Below, in pieces: positions 21,487 through 30,566 of a stretch of DNA of 64,000 bases. The position numbers were made by a program, and so were the translations under genes. Within the stretch, counting starts at the first letter, position 1. Each line of letters opens with the position of its first letter. The notes beneath the pieces were generated by a model that made no database searches, was not told the origin of the DNA, and saw nothing but the letters and a program-made list of their open reading frames with translations. Origin of the DNA: Promethearchaeota archaeon (GTDB lineage: Archaea > Asgardarchaeota > Lokiarchaeia > Sigyniarchaeales > SOKP01); the NCBI GenBank assembly GCA_019058445.1, contig JAHPZA010000006.1, positions 192,001 through 256,000 of the forward strand, written 5' to 3'.

Positions 21487-21879
21487 TTATTCCGCACTGG
21501 ATTTACCCAAAAGTACACCTTGAAGTGACTCTAATATTTCAGGGGTGATATGATGTTCTATTCCGCAACTTACTTCTTCCACCAACGAGGCATCTTTGAT
21601 TTTTAAAACTGTTGAAAAGAAGCTTTTCAGAACATTATAACAATCCACTTTATCTTGAGCGATAACTTTACCTTTGTCGGTTAGCCGTAATGCTTTCCTT
21701 GGATTCCAAATAATTAATCCATTTTCTTTTAATTTATACAACATACCGGTAACAGATGAAGGTTTAACTTTCATAAAATCCGAGATTTCGTGGTTTGAGC
21801 ACCAACCACCCTTATTCTTTTTTGAAATATAATATATCGCTTTTAGATAATCTTCGGAACTTTCATTTAAATTACTCAT
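21487..21879 (-). CDS. DtxR/MntR-family metal-dependent regulator
   Basis: EDYLKAIY, VKPSSVTGML, LTDKG, CGIEH. Confidence 0.88.
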   Translation of the reverse strand: MSNLNESSEDYLKAIYYISKKNKGGWCSNHEISDFMKVKPSSVTGMLYKLKENGLIIWNPRKALRLTDKGKVIAQDKVDCYNVLKSFFSTVLKIKDASLVEEVSCGIEHHITPEILESLQGVLLGKSSAE

Positions 21880-21927
21880 ACGTTTTCAAAATCCCTCCCT
21901 GTGAAATAAAAAATAAAAAAAAAAGAT

Positions 21928-22317
21928 TCATTCCGTTTTTTCTAATTCCTCAATTCTTTTGGAGATATCGTCTAATGCGCTTCGGATATTTCCCAACTCT
22001 GACTCTAAAAAGGTTTTTTCCTGTTTAAGCATTGTCAGTTGAGATTCAGGTGTCTGAGGGGTGAGAATGGCAGGGGGTGGATTCATATATGGGGCATATA
22101 TCGGAGGAGTATACCCCCAGAATCCACCATATCCCCTGCCTCTGCCTCTGCGCCAAGCTAAACCTCTTCCATATCCTATTCCACGCCCCCATCCTCTCCC
22201 AAGTCCCATCCCTGGTCCTTTAGTATATCCGGGGGTATCATATCCCGCACAATAGCCTAATCCTCTGCCTGTCATAGGACCATATCCTCCAGGTCCGGTT
22301 CCATCGCCTCTTGGCAT
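21928..22317 (-). CDS. DUF5320-family Gly/Arg-rich protein
   Basis: MPRGDGTGPGGYGPMTGRGLGYCAGY; C-terminal coiled coil. Confidence 0.85.
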   Translation of the reverse strand: MPRGDGTGPGGYGPMTGRGLGYCAGYDTPGYTKGPGMGLGRGWGRGIGYGRGLAWRRGRGRGYGGFWGYTPPIYAPYMNPPPAILTPQTPESQLTMLKQEKTFLESELGNIRSALDDISKRIEELEKTE

Positions 22318-22399
22318 GTTTTTCACATCATCTCTTTTTTTATTTTTTTTAATTTTGAATTCTCTAATATAATAAAAGTAACTTAAGTATATAAAAGTA

Positions 22400-22415
22400 A
22401 TGAATAATTATTCAT
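22400..22415. promoter_or_regulatory. Operator ATGAATAATTATTCAT (perfect 16 bp)
   Basis: Exact palindrome in the DUF5320/cdhA divergent promoter. Confidence 0.8.
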
Positions 22416-22460
22416 AACAGAAAGGGCTTTATTTTTTATTATTTCAATGTCATTTTAGCG

Positions 22461-22474
22461 TGAATGATTATTCA
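22461..22474. promoter_or_regulatory. Operator TGAATGATTATTCA
   Basis: 13/14 match to the consensus. Confidence 0.75.
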
Positions 22475-22518
22475 TTAGGTTTTTATGTTGTGTAAGTTTA
22501 TAGGATATATTAAGATAC

Positions 22519-22532
22519 TGAATTACTATTCA
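22519..22532. promoter_or_regulatory. Operator TGAATTACTATTCA upstream of cdhA
   Basis: 12/14 match with outer arms TGAAT/ATTCA intact. Confidence 0.7.
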
Positions 22533-22571
22533 TAGTAAATATAAAAAAACAATAAAATTGGAAGGATAAAA

Positions 22572-24920
22572 TTGAGCAAAAAAGGCGCTAAAATTAAGAT
22601 TGATTCCTATAAAGGCCCACTTGGTTCAATAAAAGGGTTTGAATTCACTACTGGACATGTAAGCATGGGAGATGAAACCGAATGGGAACCAATGGGTCCC
22701 CACCCTAAACCTCATATTCCAACACTAAGACCATGGTTCTTTAAATTAATGGAACGATACAAACCTTATTATATGCCAATCTGTGATATGTGTTGCTTAT
22801 GTACTTACGGAAAGTGTAATTTATCTAAAGGCAGGACTGGAGCTTGTGGCATTAATATGGAAACTCAACAAGGGAGGATAGTGGAAATTGCTTGTTGTAT
22901 AGGTGCGTCATGCCATAGTGCTCATGGAGATCATTTATTACATTGGCTTAAGGAAAAATATGGGAATGTTCCAATAAATTTTGGAAATAACATTGAGGTT
23001 GAAATGCCTTGTACTCGATTAATCGTAGGACTCAAACCGCAAAATTTAGAAGACCTTGAAACAGCTATGGAATGGGTTCACTATACGATCACACACTTAT
23101 TAGCAGCCGGGCATACAGGACAAGAATCGAGTTATCTGGACTTTGAGGCTAAAAGCTTTTTAGCTGGATTAGCTGATGCAGTGGGAATGGAAATAGCAGA
23201 TGCAGTGCAAATTGCAGCCTATGGTTTTCCAATGGGGAATCCTGACGTTCCTATTGTAGAATTAGGAATGGGTACATTGGATACAGATAATAAAGCGACC
23301 ATTTTAATGGTTGGCCATAATGTCGCTCCAGGAATCGAATTAGTGGATTATTTAAGGGAGAAGGGATTAGTAGATAAAGTCGATGTAGGTGCAATATGCT
23401 GTACTGCTCTTGATTTAACAAGATATTTCGATGGAGCAAAGGTGGTAGGGTCTCTTTCCCGTCAAATGCATTTTATTCGTTCTGGATTGGCAGATGTAGT
23501 AATGGTTGATGAGCAATGTGTGAATTTAAGATGTTATGAGCAAGCCCAACTTGTAAACGCACCATTTATAGCCACAAATGAAAAAAATATGAACGGGTTA
23601 CCTGATAGAACCGAGGATCCAGTAGAGGTAATTGTTGATGATTTAGTTAGCGGCAAGGCTAAGGGAGTTCTCATCCTAAATCCGATAAAAGCTGGAGCAG
23701 TTGCGGTTGAAACAGCAATTAAGGTTAGACCTCTGAGAAAACAGAAAAGTGCGGTTCCTGACGAGCAAGGATGCATAGATATGGCAATGTACTGTAATGG
23801 TTGCGGAAATTGCCAACGAAATTGTCCAAATGATTTACCACTCGTCGAAGGGATAAAATTAGTCAAGGAAGGCGACTTTTCAGTATTGGCAGAAGCTTTC
23901 GATAGCTGTTTAGACTGCGGCAGATGTGAAGCGGAATGCATGAAAAACGTTTCTCCTTTGACGCTTATTATGTATGCTGGTCGCGAAAAAATTAGAAATG
24001 AAAAGTTTAATTTACGGGTGGGTCGAGGTCCGATCCAAGACACTGAAATTAGAAATGTAGGTGCCCCTATCGTATTAGGAGAAATTCCAGGTATCGTGGC
24101 AATAATAGGTTGTGCAAATTACGGTAAAGAGATTCAAGAACTATATTTAATGGCAGAAGAATTTTGCAATAGAAATTATATTGTAGTAGTTTCTGGTTGC
24201 GGAGCGATGGATATTGGTCTTGTAAAAGATGATGATGGGAAAACTTTGTATGATAGATATCCGGGAGATTTTGCGAGAGGAGGCTTAGTTAATGTTGGTT
24301 CTTGCGTGTCAAATCCCCATATTAATGGTGCTGCGTGCAAAGTCGCAAATATCTTTGCTAGAAGACCATTGAGGGGTAATTTCGAAGAAATAGCAGATTA
24401 TATATTAAATAGAGTTGGAGCATGTGGAGTTGCATGGGGAGCGATGAGTCAGAAAGCCGCGAGTATTGCAAGTAGTTGTAATAGTATGGGAATCCCTGCT
24501 GTCATTGGGCCTCATGCTGCCGAATACCGAAGAATGTATATCGGTAGGGCAGATGATGAAGACACATGGAAAGTATGGAATGCTCGAGACGGTACCTCTG
24601 GACATGTAGTTGGTCCTGGACCAGAACATCTCTTAACTACAGCCGAGAGCATTGAGCAAGCTATTTGTTTAGTGGCAAAAATGTGTCTAAGACCTGCAGA
24701 TAATACCAAAGGTAGGATGATAAAATTATCTCATTGGATCGATTTAGAACGGAAATATAAAGGGGTAGCCTTTCCAAATGATTTGGAAAAATTCATTCGC
24801 GTGGAGGCAGATATACCAATTAGCATGAAAACGGAAATTCAAGAATTTCTGAAATCAAAAAATTGGAAACCAAAAGAAATTATCGATCCAACTCTACTTG
24901 AACGACTTTGTCACAAATAA
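22572..24920 (+). CDS. cdhA: CO dehydrogenase/acetyl-CoA synthase alpha subunit
   Basis: CDMCCLCTYGKC, GHNVAPG, ICCTALD, two CxxCxxC ferredoxin motifs, RVGRGPIQDTEIRNVG, GSCVSNPH. Confidence 0.96.
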   Translation: MSKKGAKIKIDSYKGPLGSIKGFEFTTGHVSMGDETEWEPMGPHPKPHIPTLRPWFFKLMERYKPYYMPICDMCCLCTYGKCNLSKGRTGACGINMETQQGRIVEIACCIGASCHSAHGDHLLHWLKEKYGNVPINFGNNIEVEMPCTRLIVGLKPQNLEDLETAMEWVHYTITHLLAAGHTGQESSYLDFEAKSFLAGLADAVGMEIADAVQIAAYGFPMGNPDVPIVELGMGTLDTDNKATILMVGHNVAPGIELVDYLREKGLVDKVDVGAICCTALDLTRYFDGAKVVGSLSRQMHFIRSGLADVVMVDEQCVNLRCYEQAQLVNAPFIATNEKNMNGLPDRTEDPVEVIVDDLVSGKAKGVLILNPIKAGAVAVETAIKVRPLRKQKSAVPDEQGCIDMAMYCNGCGNCQRNCPNDLPLVEGIKLVKEGDFSVLAEAFDSCLDCGRCEAECMKNVSPLTLIMYAGREKIRNEKFNLRVGRGPIQDTEIRNVGAPIVLGEIPGIVAIIGCANYGKEIQELYLMAEEFCNRNYIVVVSGCGAMDIGLVKDDDGKTLYDRYPGDFARGGLVNVGSCVSNPHINGAACKVANIFARRPLRGNFEEIADYILNRVGACGVAWGAMSQKAASIASSCNSMGIPAVIGPHAAEYRRMYIGRADDEDTWKVWNARDGTSGHVVGPGPEHLLTTAESIEQAICLVAKMCLRPADNTKGRMIKLSHWIDLERKYKGVAFPNDLEKFIRVEADIPISMKTEIQEFLKSKNWKPKEIIDPTLLERLCHK

Positions 24921-25138
24921 GCCTAGCATTACTCATAATTTCAAAAATTATACCATAAATTTTTTCTCTTTTTTTTCTACTTATTAGTACGAATAATTTA
25001 ACAGAAAAGTAAGTTTAAATAAAAGTTCTCTTGCTAGAATGATATTATTTCAAAAGAATGGAAAAAAAAGGGGATTTATTAGGAATACCTTAATTTTTCA
25101 CACATTTTAATTAAAATGCATTTTATATAGTGATATGA

Positions 25139-26263
25139 ATGGTAGAATCACCAAATTTAGGATTAAGTATTCTTTCTACGGTTATAGGAATTACAGCAGC
25201 AATTATCTTGACTTTCGTCTGTACGAGGCGTAAAGATTTAAAAGTTTGGCTTGCGGCATATTATGCTGTTGCTATTGGGCTATTGGCGAGTGCTATTGGA
25301 ACCGCTTTAAATCCTGGGGCTCATAATATATTAAGTAATGTGTTCTATTCTCTTGCAATTGTCATTATTTTCATTGCGATAGTGAAAGAGTATCGTCAAA
25401 CGTTCATGGAAAACAAAGTAGATAAAAATAAGTTTAAACAAGCTTTACCTGCTGCAGTTGTCATCAATCCAGTCATATTGGGCATGGAGATCTTCATAAT
25501 CACATTTTGTGTGATTGGGGCCGTTTTACTTTTGCGAATTTATTTACATAAAAGAACTCCTACTCATGCGTTTCTATTTTTAGTTTTACTTTCAGCTTTC
25601 TCTACATTGATGGTCACCGTGATTAGAACTTTTGGAGTAGAGGGTATTAGAGTATTTGGGCAAGGTATTACGATTTTTTTTGACACGATACTTTTAGTGA
25701 CTGCTATAGTTGCCCTTATTGAGCAAAAAATTACAAAAACCTCCATGGCATTGAGAAATGTCATTGATACTGCTACAAAAGCAAGTATCAATGTATCAAA
25801 TATAGCAACTGAATTAGCAGCGAGTGCCAGCGAAGTGAACTCCTCTTCCGAGGAAATTTCTATGACAGTTCAAGAAATTAATCGTGATGCGGCTCAAGTA
25901 ACTACTTCTACAAGTGATTTGAATAACATTATGCAGCTCATCAGAAACGTTGCGGAGCAGACGAATTTATTAGCATTAAATGCTGCTATAGAAGCAGGAA
26001 GAGCAGGAGAATATGGACGGGGATTTGCAGTGGTCGCAGATGAAGTAAGAAAACTTGCCGAAGAATCTAAAAAAGCAGTTGCGGATACGGGCGATAAATT
26101 TAATCTCATTGTGAAAAATATTCAAGCAACATCGACCTCTATGGAAGGAATTAGTGCTTCAACGGAAGAACAGACTGCTTCAATGGAAGAGATTTCAGCT
26201 ACTGCCAATAGACTGGGCAATTTAGCTGAAGATTTGAAAAACTCCTTGAAAAAACAGATATAA
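25139..26263 (+). CDS. MCP-like receptor, 6-7 TM, no HAMP
   Basis: [35 protein letters not shown]; TM part close to 1421..2548. Confidence 0.9.
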   Translation: MVESPNLGLSILSTVIGITAAIILTFVCTRRKDLKVWLAAYYAVAIGLLASAIGTALNPGAHNILSNVFYSLAIVIIFIAIVKEYRQTFMENKVDKNKFKQALPAAVVINPVILGMEIFIITFCVIGAVLLLRIYLHKRTPTHAFLFLVLLSAFSTLMVTVIRTFGVEGIRVFGQGITIFFDTILLVTAIVALIEQKITKTSMALRNVIDTATKASINVSNIATELAASASEVNSSSEEISMTVQEINRDAAQVTTSTSDLNNIMQLIRNVAEQTNLLALNAAIEAGRAGEYGRGFAVVADEVRKLAEESKKAVADTGDKFNLIVKNIQATSTSMEGISASTEEQTASMEEISATANRLGNLAEDLKNSLKKQI

Positions 26264-26446
26264 TTCTACTATTTATTCTACTTTTCTCCAATTTTTTTAT
26301 ATAAATCACTCATTTTTCAATTTCTCAATTAGCTAAGTTAGATCTAGTAATTAAGAACCAAATCTAGGTATGAATATTAGAGTTTTTTTAGTGTCCAACA
26401 TAAGTATTAACTATAATTATTATGGTTGAAAAAGTGAAATTATATT

Positions 26447-27469
26447 ATGATTAAAACAAAAATAACTGAAATGTTTGGGATTAAATATCCCATTGTAAGT
26501 GCTCCTATGGGTCCATTCTACACAACAGAATTAACAATTGCTGTGGCTGAAGCAGGAGGTCTGGGAACTTTAAGTCATGTTACGTTAATGGGAAAAAATT
26601 CAGTAACTGATATGAAAGCACAGCTTGAACATGTATTAGAGCATACCGACAAGCCCTTTGGAGTAAATATAAGGACTGCAAGGGTTCAAACCGATCATAA
26701 AATATTGCTAAATCAAATTGCGAAATGGCGCAAGGATAATCCAAAATTGCGGGAACAATTAATTTATGGAGTTACCAGTGCCGGAGGATCTAGAACTGCC
26801 AGTAAAATATGGAAAAAGAAAGCACCTGATCTACATCACTTTCATGTAGCACCTGCTTTGTGGTTGGTTGATAAAGTAGTTGCTGCGGGATGTGATGGGA
26901 TTGTTGCTACGGGAACTGAAGGAGGAGGTCATCAAAGTTATGAAGGTATTAGCACTCTTGTGTTAATCCAGCAAGTAGCGCAAAAGTATCCCGAAAAACC
27001 CTTAATAGCATGCGGCGGGTTTGCTACTCCTGAGGGCGTGGCATCGGGTTTGGCCATGGGTGCAGATGCAGTTGCGATGGGTACCCGATTTATTGCTTCA
27101 AATCAAAGCGAATTTCACCCTAATTATAAAGCACTTATTCCTCCTGCAACGGCGAGAGATACTCTGCTTACAACAGGAGGGTTTGGACCAATAAGATTAT
27201 TAAAAAATAAATATTGCCTTGAACACGGTAAAGTTATTTCGAAAGAGGAAAAAATAAAACAAGAATTAGCATATGATTTAGATGGCTTTTTAGAAGACTT
27301 ACATAAATACATGATCGTTTATACTGAAGGGGACGTTGAAAATGGTGCGATTCCGGTAGGACAAACGGTGGGATTGATTGACTCGTTAATGGATGTAGAT
27401 GATATAATTACAAGTTTCACAAAAGAAGCGGAAAGTATACTAAAGAATCTTTGCTCTAAAATTTCTTAA
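26447..27469 (+). CDS. Nitronate monooxygenase/FabK-like flavin oxidoreductase
   Basis: KTKITEMFGIKYPIVSAPM, EGGGH, IACGG, MGTRF, GQTVGLI. Confidence 0.85.
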   Translation: MIKTKITEMFGIKYPIVSAPMGPFYTTELTIAVAEAGGLGTLSHVTLMGKNSVTDMKAQLEHVLEHTDKPFGVNIRTARVQTDHKILLNQIAKWRKDNPKLREQLIYGVTSAGGSRTASKIWKKKAPDLHHFHVAPALWLVDKVVAAGCDGIVATGTEGGGHQSYEGISTLVLIQQVAQKYPEKPLIACGGFATPEGVASGLAMGADAVAMGTRFIASNQSEFHPNYKALIPPATARDTLLTTGGFGPIRLLKNKYCLEHGKVISKEEKIKQELAYDLDGFLEDLHKYMIVYTEGDVENGAIPVGQTVGLIDSLMDVDDIITSFTKEAESILKNLCSKIS

Positions 27470-27574
27470 TTTTTTTTTTCTATTTATAATTCATGAAGTA
27501 ATAATTAATTTTAAATGTAAAACTTCCATATTGTCTTCAATAGAATTCTAATTATTCATTTCATGTAGATAAAA

Positions 27575-28228
27575 ATGGAACCTATCACCCTTTATATTAC
27601 GATAATATTTTTTGTTTATTGCACTATTTTTTTCTTCCATATCCTATGGAAGTCAAGAAAAATAGACTGGGAACTGAAGTATTACTATTTTGGAATAGCC
27701 TCGTATATAATTTTGTTTGTTATTTCTCAGTCGATGTTTGTAATAAATGAATTGCTTTATACAGGAGGCTCTGGGGTACCTCAGGAGTATTATATAATAT
27801 ACATAATTGCAAATTTTATTGGACAAATGGCGATATTCGGAATAATTGTGGTCGTAGAAAAATATGTGTATAATAAAATGCACTATATCCCATCAGTAAT
27901 TACGTTAATTTCGGCAATTTTAATTTTAGTATTACCTAGGATTAATGACGTAAGCCTTATGATAATCTATATTTTAATTGGCGCTGTTGTAGGAGCTTTA
28001 ATACCCATTATTTATTTCCGAACAGGGTTTCAAGTAAGTGGAAAACCACGCAATAAAAGCTTTATTATTGGCTGTGGTTTAATTATATTTATCCTCGGAG
28101 TCCTATTAAACACATATTTCTTATTAGAACTCATCCCTATATTAGCTATTATTGCTCCTATTGTGCAATTCATTGGAATGGCAATTTTCCATTATGGGCT
28201 TCTCTTATATTATGAATTAGGAGAGTAA
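27575..28228 (+). CDS. Hypothetical ~7-TM membrane protein
   Basis: About seven hydrophobic segments. Confidence 0.65.
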   Translation: MEPITLYITIIFFVYCTIFFFHILWKSRKIDWELKYYYFGIASYIILFVISQSMFVINELLYTGGSGVPQEYYIIYIIANFIGQMAIFGIIVVVEKYVYNKMHYIPSVITLISAILILVLPRINDVSLMIIYILIGAVVGALIPIIYFRTGFQVSGKPRNKSFIIGCGLIIFILGVLLNTYFLLELIPILAIIAPIVQFIGMAIFHYGLLLYYELGE

Positions 28229-28340
28229 AGGCAAATAAATTAAAAATGATTAATATTTTTTTTCCAACTATTTTTGAAATAGTATACATTACCTATCTCA
28301 TAAGCATTGATGATTATACTGGATTTAAAAATTCTAAATC

Positions 28341-28604
28341 ATGAACTCCGCTTCTAAAAACTTGCAGGAAAAATTTAAGGAATTATCCAATATTACTTAT
28401 ACTGCGGTAACAGATTTCTCAAAATGTATATCATGTGGTACATGTGTGAAATATTGTCCCTTAAAAATAAGAGTTTTTAATTCTGAGGGAAAAGCTATTA
28501 CAATAAAAACCAGTAAATCATGCGGAGGTTGTTCCGTTTGTTTTAAACGTTGTCGTCAAAATGCTATAAGTTTACTCCCCATTAATAGAAAATCTAAAAT
28601 ATAA
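28341..28604 (+). CDS. 2x[4Fe-4S] ferredoxin
   Basis: CISCGTCVKYCP and CGGCSVCFKRC. Confidence 0.85.
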   Translation: MNSASKNLQEKFKELSNITYTAVTDFSKCISCGTCVKYCPLKIRVFNSEGKAITIKTSKSCGGCSVCFKRCRQNAISLLPINRKSKI

Positions 28605-28649
28605 GTAAAAAAAAAATAAAAAATATTTACAATATAATTTTAATTTTGA

Positions 28650-30440
28650 TTATTCTTCTAATTTTCTCAATTCCCGTCTTAAAATCTTTCCCACTAAAGT
28701 TTTGGGCAGCTCATCGATAATTTCTATTTCTCTAGGGTATTTATACGGACTTATATTCGCTTGACACCATTCCATAAGATCTTCTTTAGTGACTGTTTCT
28801 TTATATTCGTCTTTTAAGGAGATATATGCCTTAATGGTTTGTCCAGTCCCTTCAGGGTGAGGAATACCGATAACACCGACTTCATTAACAGCTTCATTCA
28901 TATATATTAAATTCTCTACTTCTGCTGGAAAAACTCCATGACCTTTGTACTTAATCATATCTCGCTTTCTATCTTTGATCATTAGATATCCTTCTTTATC
29001 AAAACATCCTATATCTGCAGTGTATAACCATGTACGACCTTTATCATCTTTTCTCAATGCATATTTTGTATCTTCTTCTTTACCCAAATACCCAAGCATG
29101 ATCTGGGGACCACAAGCACAAATCTCACCAAGGTATTTTGGATCGTCAGTATTATCATCAGGGCATTTGGGTAAAATTGTTTTGCCATCATCAATGTCTA
29201 CAATTTTAACTAGAGAATCTGACATGGGAAAGCCTACAGTTCTTGGTTTTGACCTGTCAAAAGTCCCACAACACAAATTTGGACTTGTTTCACTTAGTCC
29301 ATATCCTTCTATTATAAGTGCGCCAGTTATATCTTCGAATTTCTTTTTAACTTCGGGAGGCAGAGATGCTCCTCCACTTATACATGCTTTTAATGTGGTT
29401 AATTTTCCTTTGTATTTCAAAGAATCAGGATCCTGATTTATTAAATTCCAAAGTGTCGGCACTCCAGGAATGAATGTTGCCTCTTCTTTCATTAACAATT
29501 TTAAGATTTTTGATTTCTTTTCAGGAGGAGCTGGAAAGAGTATTAATTTATAAGCATTTGAAATTCCTAGATTCATCCCTGAAGATATGCCAAAGACATG
29601 GGCAAAAGGTACAACTAAACCCACACCACCTTTTCCATGGAGATCCTTAACTTCTGGCAATTGATTTTCAAGCCACGCAACACCTTGTTCTGCATTTGCA
29701 GCCATATTAAAATGAGATAGCATTACGCCTTTAGGTACTCCTGTAGTTCCTCCTGTATAAATTAGTGTGGCAACATCTTTCTTCGGATCAATGTCAACTT
29801 TTGGTACTTTGATGGGATCCCCCATATTTAAAATGTCTTGAAATTTATGAAAATCAATAAACCCAACTTTAGTGGGCCATTCTTTCATTCGGGGAACTTT
29901 TCCTAAAGCAGTTCCCAGTTTCGCTTTCATTTTTGGTAAGTATTCACCAATACCCGTTAAGATAATATGCTCAAGTGTCTTCATCTTACTCAAATCTTTA
30001 TCGAGTAAGTATTCTTTATAAAGAAAATCCAAAATAATTAACACTTTGCTGCTTGAATCATTTATCTGATAGGCAATTTCTACAAATTTATGTAGTGGAA
30101 TAATTGGGTTTACTGTTGCTCCTAATCGTTGAATCGCATAAAAAGCCATAATAAATTGAGGTATATTTGGAGTATCAATAGCTACTACATCTCCTTTCTT
30201 TACTCCTAATTTAGCAAGCCCCGTCGCAAACTGATCGGCTGCAATATCTAATTCTTTATAGGTCATTCTAAATCCTTCAAAATAAATAGCTTGCGAATCG
30301 GGATACAATTCTGCCGAATTTCTTAAAAGACTCCCTAAAGTTTTTACTTTATAATCTATATGTTTGGGCACTCCTTTAGGCCAATATTCATACCAATAGC
30401 GCTTAACTTCATCATCTTCTTCTTGGATTCCTTCTTGCAT
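28650..30440 (-). CDS. Long-chain fatty acid--CoA ligase
   Basis: YTGGTTGVPKG, EGYGLSET, TADIG, DRKRDMI, LPKTLVGK. Confidence 0.9.
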   Translation of the reverse strand: MQEGIQEEDDEVKRYWYEYWPKGVPKHIDYKVKTLGSLLRNSAELYPDSQAIYFEGFRMTYKELDIAADQFATGLAKLGVKKGDVVAIDTPNIPQFIMAFYAIQRLGATVNPIIPLHKFVEIAYQINDSSSKVLIILDFLYKEYLLDKDLSKMKTLEHIILTGIGEYLPKMKAKLGTALGKVPRMKEWPTKVGFIDFHKFQDILNMGDPIKVPKVDIDPKKDVATLIYTGGTTGVPKGVMLSHFNMAANAEQGVAWLENQLPEVKDLHGKGGVGLVVPFAHVFGISSGMNLGISNAYKLILFPAPPEKKSKILKLLMKEEATFIPGVPTLWNLINQDPDSLKYKGKLTTLKACISGGASLPPEVKKKFEDITGALIIEGYGLSETSPNLCCGTFDRSKPRTVGFPMSDSLVKIVDIDDGKTILPKCPDDNTDDPKYLGEICACGPQIMLGYLGKEEDTKYALRKDDKGRTWLYTADIGCFDKEGYLMIKDRKRDMIKYKGHGVFPAEVENLIYMNEAVNEVGVIGIPHPEGTGQTIKAYISLKDEYKETVTKEDLMEWCQANISPYKYPREIEIIDELPKTLVGKILRRELRKLEE

Positions 30441-30566
30441 CTTTTTATATCAACTCATATTAAATTGTCAATTAATATAATTGATAAGTTTCTATTTAAA
30501 ACTTTTAATGCAAAGAGAGTTTCTCTCAAAATAAAAAAAAATTGTAAAAATAAAAAGTAAATTGTT

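Noticed and set aside
27545-27558. Half-sites of the regulon palindrome (also near 16390, 52120 and 55445)
   Set aside because: Four or more mismatches with one arm missing; expected by chance in AT-rich DNA
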